The notes: generated by a model from the sequence alone, not told the origin. Counted from the stretch's first letter, positions 34,101 through 44,921 are shown. The stretch: 64,000 nucleotides of DNA from Oopsacas minuta (GCA_024704765.1 JAKMXF010000354.1:481690-545689), one strand, 5' to 3'. Made by a program: numbers and translations.

Positions 34101-36563
34101 CTATGTGAAAGCAATGAGTAGGTGTGCTATGTCCTACTATGAACTGAAGAGGTGGGATGAAGCAATAGAGTGGTGTAAGAAGGTATTGTCCAGACAGGAG
34201 GGAGATGAAAAAATGTTAGAACTCAAAATGAGATGTGAGACGGAGAGAAATAAAGAGGATAAGAATAAAGAGAGAAGAATACTCCACAGAGAAGATAGAC
34301 TTATAGAAGATAACAAAATAATAGAATTGATATTTTCACATGGGATAAAGGTAGGAGGTAGTATAAATGGTCTCAGCACAACTCACTTAGAGAAACAGGG
34401 GCAATACAAAGTTATGATTGATAGTGATGGTAGTCTGTGCTGGCCAGTAATGTTGTTATACCCAGAAACACAGCAATCAGATCTTATTTCTGAGTTTAAT
34501 GAGAAATCTACATTAGGGGATCAATTGGAGGTTGTCCTATCTGAGGCTCCGGCCTGGGACACAGAGGGCAAGTATACGATGGAACGAGTGAGGGTAGCAG
34601 TGTACATGGAAGCAGAGAAGAAGTATTACAACGCCAGAATGAATCAGAGCTTGTTATCAATTCTTAAACACAAGAGCTATGTACTCACTTCATTAGTGCC
34701 TACGTTGCATTTGTATTGTAAGAAGTAAGATAAGGTCAGGAAATGATGTAACGTATGTGATACTGAAAGAATGAGTCAATTATTAATTCATTATTTGAAT
34801 GAATAGTGTATATTATGTCATGGGAGGAATTAAAGTAATGAGAATGGTAAATTTGTATTTTCTAAAAGGAATTCCAGAATTCAGAGAAAGTACACAATCT
34901 TCTTGTGATAATTAATGGATACAATTAGTATCAGTGAGTTAATTCCCTAATATTGTAAGCGTGCGTACACTCTTTTATCACCTTTCTTCAAATAGTATAA
35001 AATAGTTTGATGTCTGCTTTGATCAGATTTATAGGTAAATAATTGAATACGTAATATAGTCAGCTAAATAGTCAAACTAGCGTAACCTCACATCAATAAA
35101 TGCACAGTGTAATCAAATCAATATTTGGCGAAATACAGCGTTTGATAATAAGTAAATTTCCATGTGTATACTTGAGAATTATCAATATACGTCCATAAAC
35201 TGCAACATATCTACTAATCTGAATTAGTTAACTGAGGTATTGGGAAAATTATATGTAATGCGTATAAGATCTTAGCTGCAATTTGGAGACGTCAAATCTG
35301 ACAGGCACATCATATATCAGAGCAAATAATGTGCTTACACAATGCTTATATGTGGCTTACAAAACAAAATTTATAATATATAATTATAAGAGTTGAGTGA
35401 ATTTACGCCCATGCTGCAAAGAAATTTTCACTACAAATATCTATACAGATACGGGGTCAGCCATATGATTGATTATATCTTTCATTGAATATGTAATACT
35501 TATTTAAGATATGATCAAAGGAATCATTTCACCAAATCATATAATGCAATAACTGTAATCTTAAAATATTATTAACTTATTTAAATCAGATAAATATATT
35601 TATTTTAAAATATTACCTCATATTAATTACAAAATCTAGAAATATCTAATAAATAAATACCTTCCACGTGTTCTCAGGGAAAGGGCCTCTCTGTACAGTG
35701 ATTTCATATTCCTGTTAAGATTGCATATGAATGTAATGATAAGATATAATGTAATCAAGCATGGGAAAATTTGTTTACAAAAATATTTTTTAACAGAAAC
35801 TCATTGAAAATACGTATTTTAGCACTTAACGTATATGACCTTAAGCTGAAACTGAAAAATATACAAAGTAATACTTTATCAATTCTAAATATAATATTAA
35901 AACAAAGCTAATTTAAGAAAGGAAGGTATTTTACCGGAGTATAGTTATAACTGACTGGTTACAACTGGAGTTTACAGTACGTATATGATAATTACTGTTC
36001 ATCAAAGAATATACAATTCAATTAGTGGATAAACAGTCGAGGACATAGTAAACCAATAATAACATATAAGTCAGCAAAGTAAATATGTATACGACATAAA
36101 TTGCATCCGGAATATAATGATCGTAGCTTTAGTAATGTCACAGCTAAATGTTAATGGAAATCTTGTGAGTATTATTTCACTGGATTAGAAGTGTGTTTAA
36201 TTAGCTAATTATTTGCAGAAACATTGCCATCTATTAGAGTTATTTAATACCATTAGTTGACGAAAAATTTAATTTAGAATGTAATAATTAACTGCTATGA
36301 GTCTGTAACTATACCAAGCATGTTATCATTGTTATTTATTACAAACAACACCATATCACATTGTAAAGTTCAAAGATTTGTCTTCAACTTTCTTGTTTAG
36401 AAATTGTTATAATTCTCATTTTATTATTCCATTAAATAATTAACAGAGTTTCAAAACCACTCACCACAAATGATTTGAGAACAGAATAGCTAGAAACTGT
36501 GCATTTAAGAGGCAGGGCTTCATCCGTCATTGGAGTATTGCCCTGTATATTGTTGGTAGCCAT
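19132..36563 (-). CDS. PXK: PX domain-containing kinase-like protein (PX + pseudokinase + WH2), 21 exons: 36465-36563, 35661-35711, 33188-33235, 32583-32672, 32428-32524, 32110-32187, 31953-32029, 31817-31891, 30780-30884, 26773-26868, 26604-26640, 26464-26509, 26189-26267, 25693-25810, 25294-25387, 21071-21125, 19806-19883, 19647-19730, about 19484-19595, 19356-19415, 19132-19301
   Basis: GT-AG exons with compatible phases encode EYEITVQRG, KRYSDF, LPPKKFFGNMDPSFIQDRQ, RSEPKWQIVESLKDFGWR, HPYIYP, GSLKDYIYK, GHIHAGNV, LTDLENSLLGL, LLYEMTFG, ACKNGMP, STKLKDAL and a terminal WH2 (RGKLLTSISSFNKTGLKKA), collinear with recalled vertebrate PXK. Exon 19 needs a GAG acceptor to keep frame, so its boundary is uncertain. 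Confidence 0.92.
19979..20755 (-). CDS. SKA1: Spindle and kinetochore-associated protein 1, nested in a PXK intron (same strand)
   Basis: N-terminal coiled coil and C-terminal microtubule-binding domain (EDEFNKTPAYVRGRM, YFFIEEDLK, LTILRHHHLIKEIRG..LVRY). Confidence 0.9.
   Translation of the reverse strand: MASPKYETDLQTISMEDLVHNLTAKMEILVESISVLSCKSTPEFNTDLQELEQVLESQEDMTVEFNRRIDELHSQTSELGELLESVQEENRLYKHALDHLPAIPIEKPKIKQQPNPPTTQNNSLPQIKKTRSTKQVSRIGLLTEDEFNKTPAYVRGRMGYQKFTMFVEKLQTVLDEKYKIASLHPSKIPMSKIKYYHDCKDAETAETKGGYFFIEEDLKILANLVLDPTLRTVLTILRHHHLIKEIRGNKLVRYLVLE
21225..25073 (-). CDS. LRRIQ1: Leucine-rich repeat and IQ motif protein, nested in a PXK intron (same strand)
   Basis: IQ motifs (IQTQWRGY, IQSLWRMY, IQTLWRGN), an LRR block (LxxLxLxxN), an LRR cap (GNPVTQEIEYRES) and further IQ motifs (IQSYTRGY, IQAYFKGW). 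Likely start is ATG 25073. Confidence 0.85.
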   Translation of the reverse strand: MSKTQNPFLWALKRLKDTFIATSNETDQLVREAEIICKPSVYDQKLEKKLNLCLENDNSQILLDQAKEEIETFSLALHKVDNSETVENASPIQHVINSTSAILKDTAELVPCDTRPESHVLSLVNNVTTGSPTEEPFQNSNVSHDRPAISLSEVISSPHLDLDNCQLSVANESINTDISNPQYISNKDTSPNSFTYDDNPMSLTEELDKLRERFIEERESIINARTAFQHNLYSSATTKIQTQWRGYQMYKLYYPQIRNKYHLKIRCIIKLQSFYRRSIALRLFRNLVRDRSRNTASVVIQNWWRVCMAKNVHKKLIQANELKKHRSAVLIQSLWRMYQCRITYFKLLSQRHRIIDATIIIQTLWRGNVARKMYSMLLLKTRKQEFHNNTLEESVQSASPSVTQSQDINCSIVQEMNTRDIDTVASNTTREDSIDSSRVELCESLGKVSPTQQELLSPGQMHPKSIINRSHTNMHNTSQEIAIPLDMDIIPASISIPSLPEEDINPHRILLLLEELRLNWLKVHSLWKDSSLSPIRSKNIPADPIPTHYKPLSHSHLTDYSSVNTPLHQITRVVVNEVKYPVDLSCLVKVPNLLTLSLCHCPAVSLEGIQHVPNLTHISLQHCGLTTFNLKGLHNIYYIDLSHNRVSVLKSIVKNSRVIECVMNCNRLVHFGEIIRFVNLQKLFVDKNLLVRGDGLQNLRSLVELSCTHNHLSEIPQTSFSPLLQTVDLSGNNLKTVSMLYHPLLSVLRLDDNNITDLEPLQQAYLPSLQILTLNGNSIYILVNLSALVMLERLEIKFNYLDNLNSLLDCLRENYRLNILELDGNPVTQEIEYRESIQRQIPCLEKLDSWEITLASDMKGNMYNIPRNDFIEMIDRQIEERNTLQTKQLITITELENYLFKNSDSIRNLLNTRIQHSRETYKLAVHHLREHEYYGTGEAEVLLKNESTHDITYSILVIQSYTRGYLARLSYRNISKSAVVIQKYLRGNYVRKRYNIRLKEVKTAVLVIQAYFKGWWVRSRLSEALRSLEDMNDSDGDDIEQLCVATWGDKPISGACIELPKTPIGFYDEIMESYTRVNPNQSNCSANGLTLPNIQTPIHRDLSDTDRNLRMAWPSRNSSNTTVASNRTDNLTNESSCSSIQQHDSSDKIKELNDPWFLNNEQSIALFNKRAKKFKQGKKKKDERNIFQDPLKRLEKLQTGSKSNSNSIKKRVTPIPSRLSSCSLSSHNSSIDLIFKWSNTNQKSERDKIKSENTSKGNFLPKIPSRIRAGNSPQLMSDIDSP
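25587..25647. mobile_element. MITE-like relic related to the element at 10545
   Basis: Inverted GTTAATACGAAC ... GTTCGTATTAAC arms share the core of the 10545 TIR. Confidence 0.5.
27768..29705 (+). CDS. Hypothetical Gln/Asn-rich low-complexity protein, nested antisense in a PXK intron; may have extra 3' exons to about 30506
   Basis: 645-aa ATG ORF rich in Q/N/T/Y with basic motifs RKRP and AKKRK; it ends at a possible donor, TG|GTAAC at 29702. Confidence 0.7.
   Translation: MSQEQKNYPSDSTKIPMFGPTGSGRDNTYMGGTLPPFHKAANNIDAKHISLMPNQIPKNNYQDKSIKYFTDNKTLDGHTKPNDKLRGLIENKRQDGVIDLTGGNVATGHQIQMQNKPNSQLRPQQHPNMIPPTSYTLPANDTNGQFITQTTKSDPTHTRLALDSILLQRKSLNDQMYNPQLMQNDQYQTSQTTNQQRVVSTQTNMVHKLPTDYTQNPALYYTQQPQNMQFPSYNKSYPIQMQHRDKISAVTTREQMTGTVHTGDTLQKNNLPQVQMQHNPQYQYTKVKHQYNDNPVQNIGLNGGYQNTQQMYSVKQMENKHENIYKRMPNSIQQDAIQGRSYVQNDSVISNNFGTTHLMSQPNYGNGITAKSNQMANTQIQRTGYKTIPTLYSRQYENQNQLISTQDQQNSLKPLTTPRPTTIPDESIASQGHQFYDFNNNNTDYQDGIAMNKLIDVIDNANLLNYSDRPEAGIPVQRIKEYLKMTEVKHNFPMTSSANYGYTHQDLSTRKRPNDAKCAHVEPTKKQTILSQCPVGYMDTFGMYENSQNIGSPLNFNDPLVYEMNHTSTQQQLYHSRNLNIHQSGYQLNNNEMNQIVPTSSSLHSSPSSIRNNDSPGVDPLAKKRKDDDQDFSTKISDEGTIYNW
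33489..34728 (+). CDS. TTC4: Tetratricopeptide repeat protein 4 (CNS1-like Hsp70/90 co-chaperone), exons 33489-33876 and 34046-34728, nested antisense in PXK intron 2
   Basis: PLFMTK, AIQSLIY, YKDEG..F, NNRAASQAYL|GNH TPR across a phase-1 GT-AG intron, and WPVMLLYPE..QSDLISEF. Confidence 0.92.
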
Positions 36564-38114
36564 GTTAATATATACTAACAATATACAAGCTAGGGAATAT
36601 AATAACTAACGGAATATGACAAAAGATATACTTATTCGAGAAAAATGAGCAAAATATATATGAATGAAAAAGGATTTGTATAATATAAGGCAAACAAAAG
36701 ACATTCATTGCGCATACTCGTAAAAAATTAATAAGTACGGTGCTGTGCACAAAGACAACAGCTAGGTATTATGGTAGAATTGATAAAGATTATGACCTCA
36801 AACGTCTGATTATTATGCTAGGTGTAAGAAGAGCGGAGATAGCAAAAAGTCAAATGTTAACCAGTGCCGACATCAAGTATTCGTTTAGTGAATAATTTAC
36901 AGAGGCACTATATCGACGCACTAAATAATAGTATTTTGGGTTCCATTATAGCGCATCCACAGACAATTTTAAATTAATTCAACGAATGAATATTTGGTGT
37001 CGGCATATGTTGAAAAATTATATACATTTTGAATACAACCAATATATTCCTCGTGTGATATCAAAAATCTAATATCTAATTCAGTATAAATTAAGCTCCA
37101 TATATGGCAGTAAATAAAACAATTAACTGATGTTAACAATATCTATATCTCAAATAAGAAAGGAAATACACGAGGTCAAATAATAATCAATTATTGAAGT
37201 AATAAACTGAGATAAAGTTGAGGAGTTTATACTGCCTTGAGCAATAAAGTAAGAAAATCATCGCACACACAAAGGCTGGACAAGTAAATTAAGTATGAAT
37301 TTGTGTAATTTGGTAGTAGAGTGGGTTCAATTATGTATGTGTGATGTTGAGTGGGAATTAAAATCAACTAATTTGTAGTAATTATCGGATAAAATATTAT
37401 TGTATTTCAAAGTAAACCACTTATCTTCATATAATTATTTAATGGCATTAATAAGGTACTTTATTAAGATTAAATTTGTTGGGCCATAAAACTCCTGTGA
37501 AAATACAAGTTAGCGTATTTTCGTATTCTCATTATATTATTACGTCATGTGGATAATATTCAATTGACGTGTCAATTTTGATGGTAATTAAAGCTCCACC
37601 CAGATCTATTAGCTACTATAATTATAAATAGATGGTAGGATCACATGTATTTGAGATAGCGCCATGGCTCTACCCCCATTGGCGAATTTCTTGAGCACAT
37701 TTATAATAATGACTACGTTGAATGTGTGGTAGACAAATTTGATGTGAACGGAAAAGTTGAGGCAAATATCAATTAACACAGGCCTGAGTCTTAACCAGGG
37801 ATTGTAATCGATGTACATTCAATCGTACTGGGGGATAATTATGAGTATATAATATAATCCATACTATGCATAAACTGAATTTAGATCAGCCTCGAAAAGA
37901 ATTATCTGACTGTAGGGATATCTGCGATGCTAGCCATCCAAACATGAGTTCGAAATAACAGCTCAAAGCTAATACTGATGTCAGAGCATTAAAGGAGCGT
38001 GCTCCTATTTAATTGCAAACGAATTTCATCGTTATTCTGCATAAAATTCAGTATTCTTGTTATAAAAGTGGATGCTGGGACACTTTGTATAATTCACAAT
38101 TTATTGAAATTATG

Positions 38115-38200
38115 AAAAGGAGCGCGCGCTCCATTTTTCCTGGAGCCGAAGTGCGCTCCTTCTCTGAGTAAGGAGCGGAGGTGGGAGCACCACTCCTTTT
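38115..38200. other. GC-rich self-complementary element built from GGAGC/GCTCC motifs
   Basis: Closing stem AAAAGGAG/CTCCTTTT encloses hairpins GCTCCA..TGGAGC and CGCTCCTT..AAGGAGCG. Confidence 0.45.
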
Positions 38201-38537
38201 GCAGGGCGGCAGCGCGAAGCTAGAGCGCTTAATGATCTGGCTGAGGTCAACCCCAGTAAGCCCAATGTTAACGATAATAATATGATAAATTCCCGATTTA
38301 CTAAATGTAATTTATACATCAAATCAAAATACAGCTAATAATTAGCTATAAATCTAACCAACAAGATCGTAGAAAGAGTACACAAACGATAAATTGTCAA
38401 TTTCAATTCAGTAATTTAAATATCCTACTGTGTATGAGAATTGAGATATTAAGGTAGATATGTTACATGTATGTGAACGTAAGCAAACGACAACCAAGAG
38501 GCGAAGATTGCTACAAATACGCTTTCAAAAAGAATTA

Positions 38538-41500
38538 TCAATCGGTTTTGAGAATATCCATAGTGCTTCCCAGCAATTGAATCAGTTGTTGCTCGTAATT
38601 CTCAAAGTTCCTCTTCATAATCTCCACGCAAGGCCCGAGGAGTCTTTCAAACGCTCCAATGTCAAGTGCTACAGAATTTATAAGATTGAAATTACGATAA
38701 CTAATAACTGAAATTTTGGAGAGAAATGTCCCTGTACAAAACTGTAGGCTTCTCCCTAAACTTTATGACATAAGAAATATGATTATTAATATTAATTTAT
38801 ACCTGCACACACTACTCTGCCTTGAGCATATACACTGGCTGCTCTAGGTTTGTTCACAAGAAGAGCAAGTTCTAAGAAAATAATTGACTACTTATTTGTA
38901 TACATCAACAATAACGAAACGAAACTCTAATTACAAACCTCCAAAATATCCCCCAACTGAGACAACCGATATATCTACCTCTTCATCACTACCTTCCTGT
39001 TTAAACATATAAATTGGGAAATACACTTTAAAATATTAAAATGATATAATTACCTTATCTCTCATACGAATGGCTACTTCACCTTCTACCATCAAATAGA
39101 ATTCAGTAGCTGTATCTCCCTACATGAATAGGACACAGTTAAACAAGTAAATAAATTGACGAGAAATATATAGATTTAATCGACCTGTTGGATTATAAGA
39201 TCTCCATCACTGTATTCCTCTCTACGTAGGGCATCTGCTATGTTCATACGTTCATAGTTCTAGATATTAGAATACGTAATACAATAGTAATTATTTATTA
39301 ATATCAGCTGATTATAATACTCACATCTAGTGATGATAGCATAGGGATTGAGACTAAGAATTTCTCATACATCTTTCTCTGTAAAAAAATATTCATTAAT
39401 AAAGAGTAGGGAAAATTTTATTATTACTCAATGATGTGTGTGTGTGTGTGTGTTGTATTGCGAGAACACAGTTATAAGAAATTTTTGCTTCTCCCAAGGG
39501 CGTTCTTATAAGCGATAACCACTGTACGTAGTATTCTTGTGTTTGTTTTACGAATACAATGGATAATCATAAATCATTGAAATGGTACCCATCTGTCGAA
39601 ATGAGATAAACTAGTTTATTTACGCTTTTAACTAAAAGGAGTGAAGAATAAACTTAAATCAGAATTTGATTATAAATTTGAGTAAACATCCAGGTGTACT
39701 TTCAAAGATGAATTGTATCTCGCGACCCCCGATTTGAGAAACACTGGTATAGAATATCTGGGCTGCAGAATGAATGTTTTTCCAATGTGAGAGAGGATTA
39801 TACATGAATTCATCGTAGTGAATGCATTCTTTTCATAAAAATGTATTGTTCTAGAAATACGCACTACATTCCTAACTTACGTAATATTTGATACACACAA
39901 TAGATACATATTAGAATAATTACCTTTTTAGAAGCAGATTCCATCACAATTCTCCTGAATGACATTCTGTCCTAAGTTATAAATTATATTATTATAGATT
40001 CTTAACAATAAGAATGAATAAATATCATAAAATTGTTCTATGGACACGATGCGAGTTCCATTCAATACATATACGTATCCACTTAATCGGGTCAGATGGC
40101 CTTGTCTAAATGTAATCCTTTTAAGCAGAGTCTACTGTATTAGTATAATATAATATATTGTACCAGAGCCCAGAGAGTTCCAGCTGTTTTAGCAACAACT
40201 GTTGCTTTCCTAAAGAAAAGAATATAATTTCAATTATGTCATTCAGATATCATTAAAACTAATAAAAAGTGTAATTATAACATACCTTGGTGTGTTGTAG
40301 AGGAGAGCAAGTTCTCCAAAACTACCTTCATTATCATAATGTGACACCTGTGTAGATATTATAACACTAATTCATAATACAAATGTTAATTTTAGATAAT
40401 TTTAAGTCAAATAATTCATCTCTCAATAGGAATTACAGACAAGAATAATGCTCTCACCAATTTAGAAGTACTCTTATCATTTATGTAGACTTCATAGAAT
40501 CCTCTATATGATAGGTAATTATAACAATACTATGAAGTTAAATATCTATCCAAACTTCACAATTTGCATCTACTACTCCTATAAACGGAGTTCACCATAT
40601 GCTCCCCTGAAAAATCTTAGTTTTGTCCGTGGGTCAAAGTGTAAAATCGAATTTGACTAGTCATCTATAGAATATTCAAATAACCTTACTTCTCAATAAT
40701 ATAGAAGAAATCTCCGTCATCTCCTTGCTCAATAAGATGGTCACCAACTGCTGCCTGTTATAAAACACACAATTAAAACTAAACATTACATAATCAGTGC
40801 ATAAATGTAAATTGTTCACAAACCGTTTTTTCAAACATTGCATCTAATACAAAAGTTTTCTGCTCCTAAAGTGATACAAAGAATAAATATAAAGAATACA
40901 CAAGTATATTAATAATTACTCACAGGCTCTAAATTCTTAAATAAGAAACAATTACTGAATGCTTCACATAGTCTCCCTCTCTGTTCATCTGACTTAGGAT
41001 AACAGATCTACCAAATTTTATAATATAAATATTTTCAATACAACCTATTAGATACAAACTTATCTGAACCTTTTGTAGTTCATCTTCGTCTGATGGTGAA
41101 AAAGGCTCAGCAAATACTAACAAATATATAAATACATAACACATTACTCTTATTAACGGGTAATTAAATTAATAGAGAATGCTATACTTTACAATACCTG
41201 AACATCTCCTGCCTCTGTCAAACCGAACAGGAGTGGCTGCTTCATCTGTACAATAAGAGCGTATTAGTTTAATATGAAAATATACATACATACGCAGTAT
41301 AATTTAGAAATATATCTATCACACAACCAAAGCTGTGGTATCCGTATGTGACCGTCTCCAGCATAATATATCTACTATTATACACACCGTACAAAAATTT
41401 AACATTCAACAGCTATCGATTCCCTCGAACGATAATCAAAATGAACAAGTGATAATGTTGAGAGTTCCGTGACAATACACAATACGTATATATTATACAA

Positions 41501-41831
41501 GTTAAAGCAATGAAAAGAGGTAATACACGAGATGTAACAGCTGTTACTCACCGTCATCATCTGATGGCAGGGTGTCCATATCTCCATTTGCATCCTTCAA
41601 TAAAGTAGTGGGATCTGCAGTGAGACCAAGGAGAGAGGAATTATTTTCTTCTGATACTTCCATTTGTCCTACTTCGTTACCATTTCCTTGTTTCTTCTCC
41701 TTCAAATCAGTGAAATAATAAGCTGCATAATCCACAAGATCTTCAGGCTTCTTTCTCAATACAGATAAGGCGAATTCTTGTAATAATTCATTCAACCCTT
41801 CAGGAATAGTGATAGGATAGTGATCAGACAT
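38538..41831 (-). CDS. PRKAR2: cAMP-dependent protein kinase type II regulatory subunit, 16 exons: 41552-41831, 41198-41245, 41070-41116, 40924-41007, 40824-40865, 40690-40754, 40458-40503, 40286-40347, 40164-40209, 39924-39971, 39325-39378, 39185-39259, 39054-39119, 38939-38996, 38803-38871, 38538-38668
   Basis: RII D/D domain ([29 protein letters not shown]), inhibitor site [26 protein letters not shown], phosphate-binding cassettes [11 protein letters not shown] and [14 protein letters not shown], and FERLLGPC. Splice phases are compatible. Confidence 0.95.
39435..39526. repeat. (TG)9 microsatellite followed by a MITE-like relic ending in CACTGTA
   Basis: TG run 39435-39452; inverted TTATAAGAA/TTCTTATAA motifs; CACTG-TA terminus. 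Confidence 0.5.
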
Positions 41832-43314
41832 CTCAATGAATAGACTATTATAACTACAAGTATTAGCTAAGCATATATCGTAATATGGAAGATTAGTATT
41901 AGAGGAAATGTACGTGGAAAGACTTACTTATGTATTTAGCTACAGACTGGGGTAACTTGGAGAGATTCTACACACGCATGAGTTTGATAAATAAATAAAT
42001 TTATGAAAACGAGGTATATTTGTGATTGAATAAAATAGGCAGAATAAGTATATATTATTGGGGAAATATTTGTGACATTTTAAGCCTAATGTTGTATGAA
42101 ATATTAACCAATCAGATATAAGTCTATATTTTAGATTAATGATTTCCATAATTATTTAACCTAGCTAGTAGGAGAAGTAATAATAGCAATCGGTGACGTT
42201 TACATTTGTGGGATGCTATATGGTTGCTAGACTCCTGCAACCTCTAGGTGTAGTTCAGAAAAATCAGAGAAAATGGGAATTTTTGCAATAAAAGTAGCTC
42301 ATTTCGTTTTTAGCAAATGTCCTTTTAATCAATAGTAGATATAAGAAAGTCGTGGCTTTTGGAATAACCTAACTAAATAAATAGACTCTTATCAGATGAT
42401 GTCAGCGAATAATTCTTTCGTTTAACATGTTTCCCCAAGAATTGAATGGTAATATTGGTAGAGATACCAGTGAGGGTTATGAGATGTTGCAATCAAATTC
42501 TACTGAGGTGAGGAGATCGGGATAATACAACAGTACACATCTCTAATTCCCAATACCAGTGGCTACATTTGCTAGGTTCTTTATTATTGGAAATATATAT
42601 ATATTACTGCTACAGTTTGTGGAAATAGCTGAAATGAAAGAATTATCGTTATCTTAATTGATAAAACAATGAGATTGCTCAATCATATTGTGACGTGAAT
42701 GGAGAACCATTGGAGACCAACAGCTGTTTTCTTTGGATTAACAATCACATCCTATGCCCCAATGGTGCATAAATTATCAAGTGGCCGTGGGTGCAAACAC
42801 TGTTCATTTGGCGCTTGGAATTGTATTTTCCTTTGGTCGGTGTCAATAAGGCTCATATATTGGCTATAGATACCAACCATTGGCTTTACTCAAAAATATG
42901 TCATCATACACTTATCTGAACCTTACACTGTGCTAACAAATTAAAAACTTTGTAAATAGGATATTAGTGAGAATTCATTAACATTTTTGGAGTAAGCTAA
43001 AAGACTGAGTAATATTAATAAATAATTTTCCTGAGTAAACTATTCATTCTATAAGTAATGGGTGAATTAAGACATTTATAATATCCTCAATAAGCAACAT
43101 TATTATGTAATTGGTAATATAATTGGGGACAAATCTCTAGAGAAATAAAGTAGTGATTACAACAATATGGCTATGGCACAACTCACTATAATTTTGAATA
43201 ATATTATAGTCTATTTTGAAAATAGGCTCAGGTGGTTCTGATAAAAGAAATAAATATAATTTGAGTAAAATATCTAACACAAATAAATATTCATTTAAAG
43301 ACAGGGCCTGTACG

Positions 43315-44508
43315 ATGAATGAATCGAATCGAGTGTTAATTCATAATTATGAAGAACTAGCTAAGCATACCACTGAGCTGAGCAAGGCACTGCTAACTTA
43401 TGCAGGTCTCCCTGTCCTGGCTATATCTGGGGTATTCTTGTCGGCTCTTTGGAGCTTCTATATGATACAGAGGATGAAAGTTGCGCGGAACGAATATCAA
43501 ATCGTGAAGAGGAACAGTGACGATCATATGAATTACGACATGACTACCAAGAGTTTCCGTATAATGTCTGTCTACTATAGCTTCATGATGATGATTTGTG
43601 TGTCAGAATTCTTCTGCTGTAGTCTTACCTTATTGGCAGGTGTATTATTCGTAACGAAGCCGTATATATCACCTACATGGGGAGTAAATGACAATGGTAC
43701 GGAACGATGTATTGCAAACATACTGTTGGATGTAAGTATGCGAGAAATATACTTGACCATTCCAATGCACGTACAGGTTACTTTGTACCTCACCATTTTG
43801 GGGCTAATTCGGATGCTAGTGTATTATCTCCGTGACTCATATCGTAATGAGCGATCGTTCGGCTGGTCTTATTTCAAGCTATATGGATTATTCATGTCCG
43901 GTAGGATCATGACGTATTTCTTCTTTGCGGGCGTATTACAAACACTACCTTTTGCGATAATTTGGTTTACGGTATTTATAATATACGAGTCCTTCTGTAT
44001 TATTTACGGTTGTGTGGGTCTACAACGTATACTTAGAAAGAGGTATGAACTAGCTATGGGGGACAGTCAGGGGGGAGAAGTTACCGAATGGATGTGGAGG
44101 TATATCAAATTTGCATTCTTCAATCCTGTGTTGAATATTTGTCTCACGCTCTTCTCTATCACAGAATTCCTGTTTGTATTCGGTTTCTTCTTCGCTATGC
44201 TTGTGAATACAGAATGTTGGATTCAGGTTGCATTTGGGTCTCAAGTTAAATTCAGTACAATGAGCGTAGAGAACAAACAAATGCTTGTACTGGTGTACCA
44301 AATCATGTACAATATTATAGCAGATTTTGCTTATATTGGAACGATGGTTATTTTGGGAATTCCTTTCATTATGTACAGTTTAATTATCAGCATCAATATC
44401 GTGTTGCGTGCTTGCAGGAAAAAACGTATTTATGGAGACAATAGCTGGCTTGCTGAAAGATTGCTGAATGCGCCCCTCAAGGAGCGACGACCGAAAGAAA
44501 TATTCTAG
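43315..44508 (+). CDS. Hypothetical multi-pass (about 7TM, GPCR-like) membrane protein
   Basis: Long ORF with about seven hydrophobic segments, extracellular Cys residues and a basic C-tail; likely start ATG 43315; no family-defining motif recognised. Confidence 0.65.
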   Translation: MNESNRVLIHNYEELAKHTTELSKALLTYAGLPVLAISGVFLSALWSFYMIQRMKVARNEYQIVKRNSDDHMNYDMTTKSFRIMSVYYSFMMMICVSEFFCCSLTLLAGVLFVTKPYISPTWGVNDNGTERCIANILLDVSMREIYLTIPMHVQVTLYLTILGLIRMLVYYLRDSYRNERSFGWSYFKLYGLFMSGRIMTYFFFAGVLQTLPFAIIWFTVFIIYESFCIIYGCVGLQRILRKRYELAMGDSQGGEVTEWMWRYIKFAFFNPVLNICLTLFSITEFLFVFGFFFAMLVNTECWIQVAFGSQVKFSTMSVENKQMLVLVYQIMYNIIADFAYIGTMVILGIPFIMYSLIISINIVLRACRKKRIYGDNSWLAERLLNAPLKERRPKEIF

Positions 44509-44921
44509 CAATGAATTGCTCATAAAATTAGCTTATGACTGTAAGTGGATCCCACACCATATATTTGTTGAGATTTTGTAATACAAACTACGTAGTTATA
44601 ATATATTACGTGAAATTAACATTTCGAGGTTTGATTAATTAATTATTGGATGTGTAAATAGTATAATTATCTGATATTTTCACTTTTTTCTGTATGTACA
44701 AATATGTAAACCCCCAATATGCATTAGTTGCTTGTAGTCTAACACAGATCCCAGGCCATTAGTATAGCCATGGGACCGGTGCATCTCTTTACAGGTTACG
44801 AAGCTCTGAGGAACAGACAAATCGCAAAACTGTAGCCGTATCTTCCAATAATTCGACAGAAATTAAAACTGTTAATTTCGATTAGAATTACTGCAACAGT
44901 ACGAATCAGTTTCTCGCCATT

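Noticed and set aside
38115-38200. tRNA gene
   Set aside because: No T-loop GTTC or D-loop consensus and no canonical cloverleaf dimensions.
38460-38711. Plus-strand 83-aa ORF
   Set aside because: Antisense to the final RII exon; no independent evidence.
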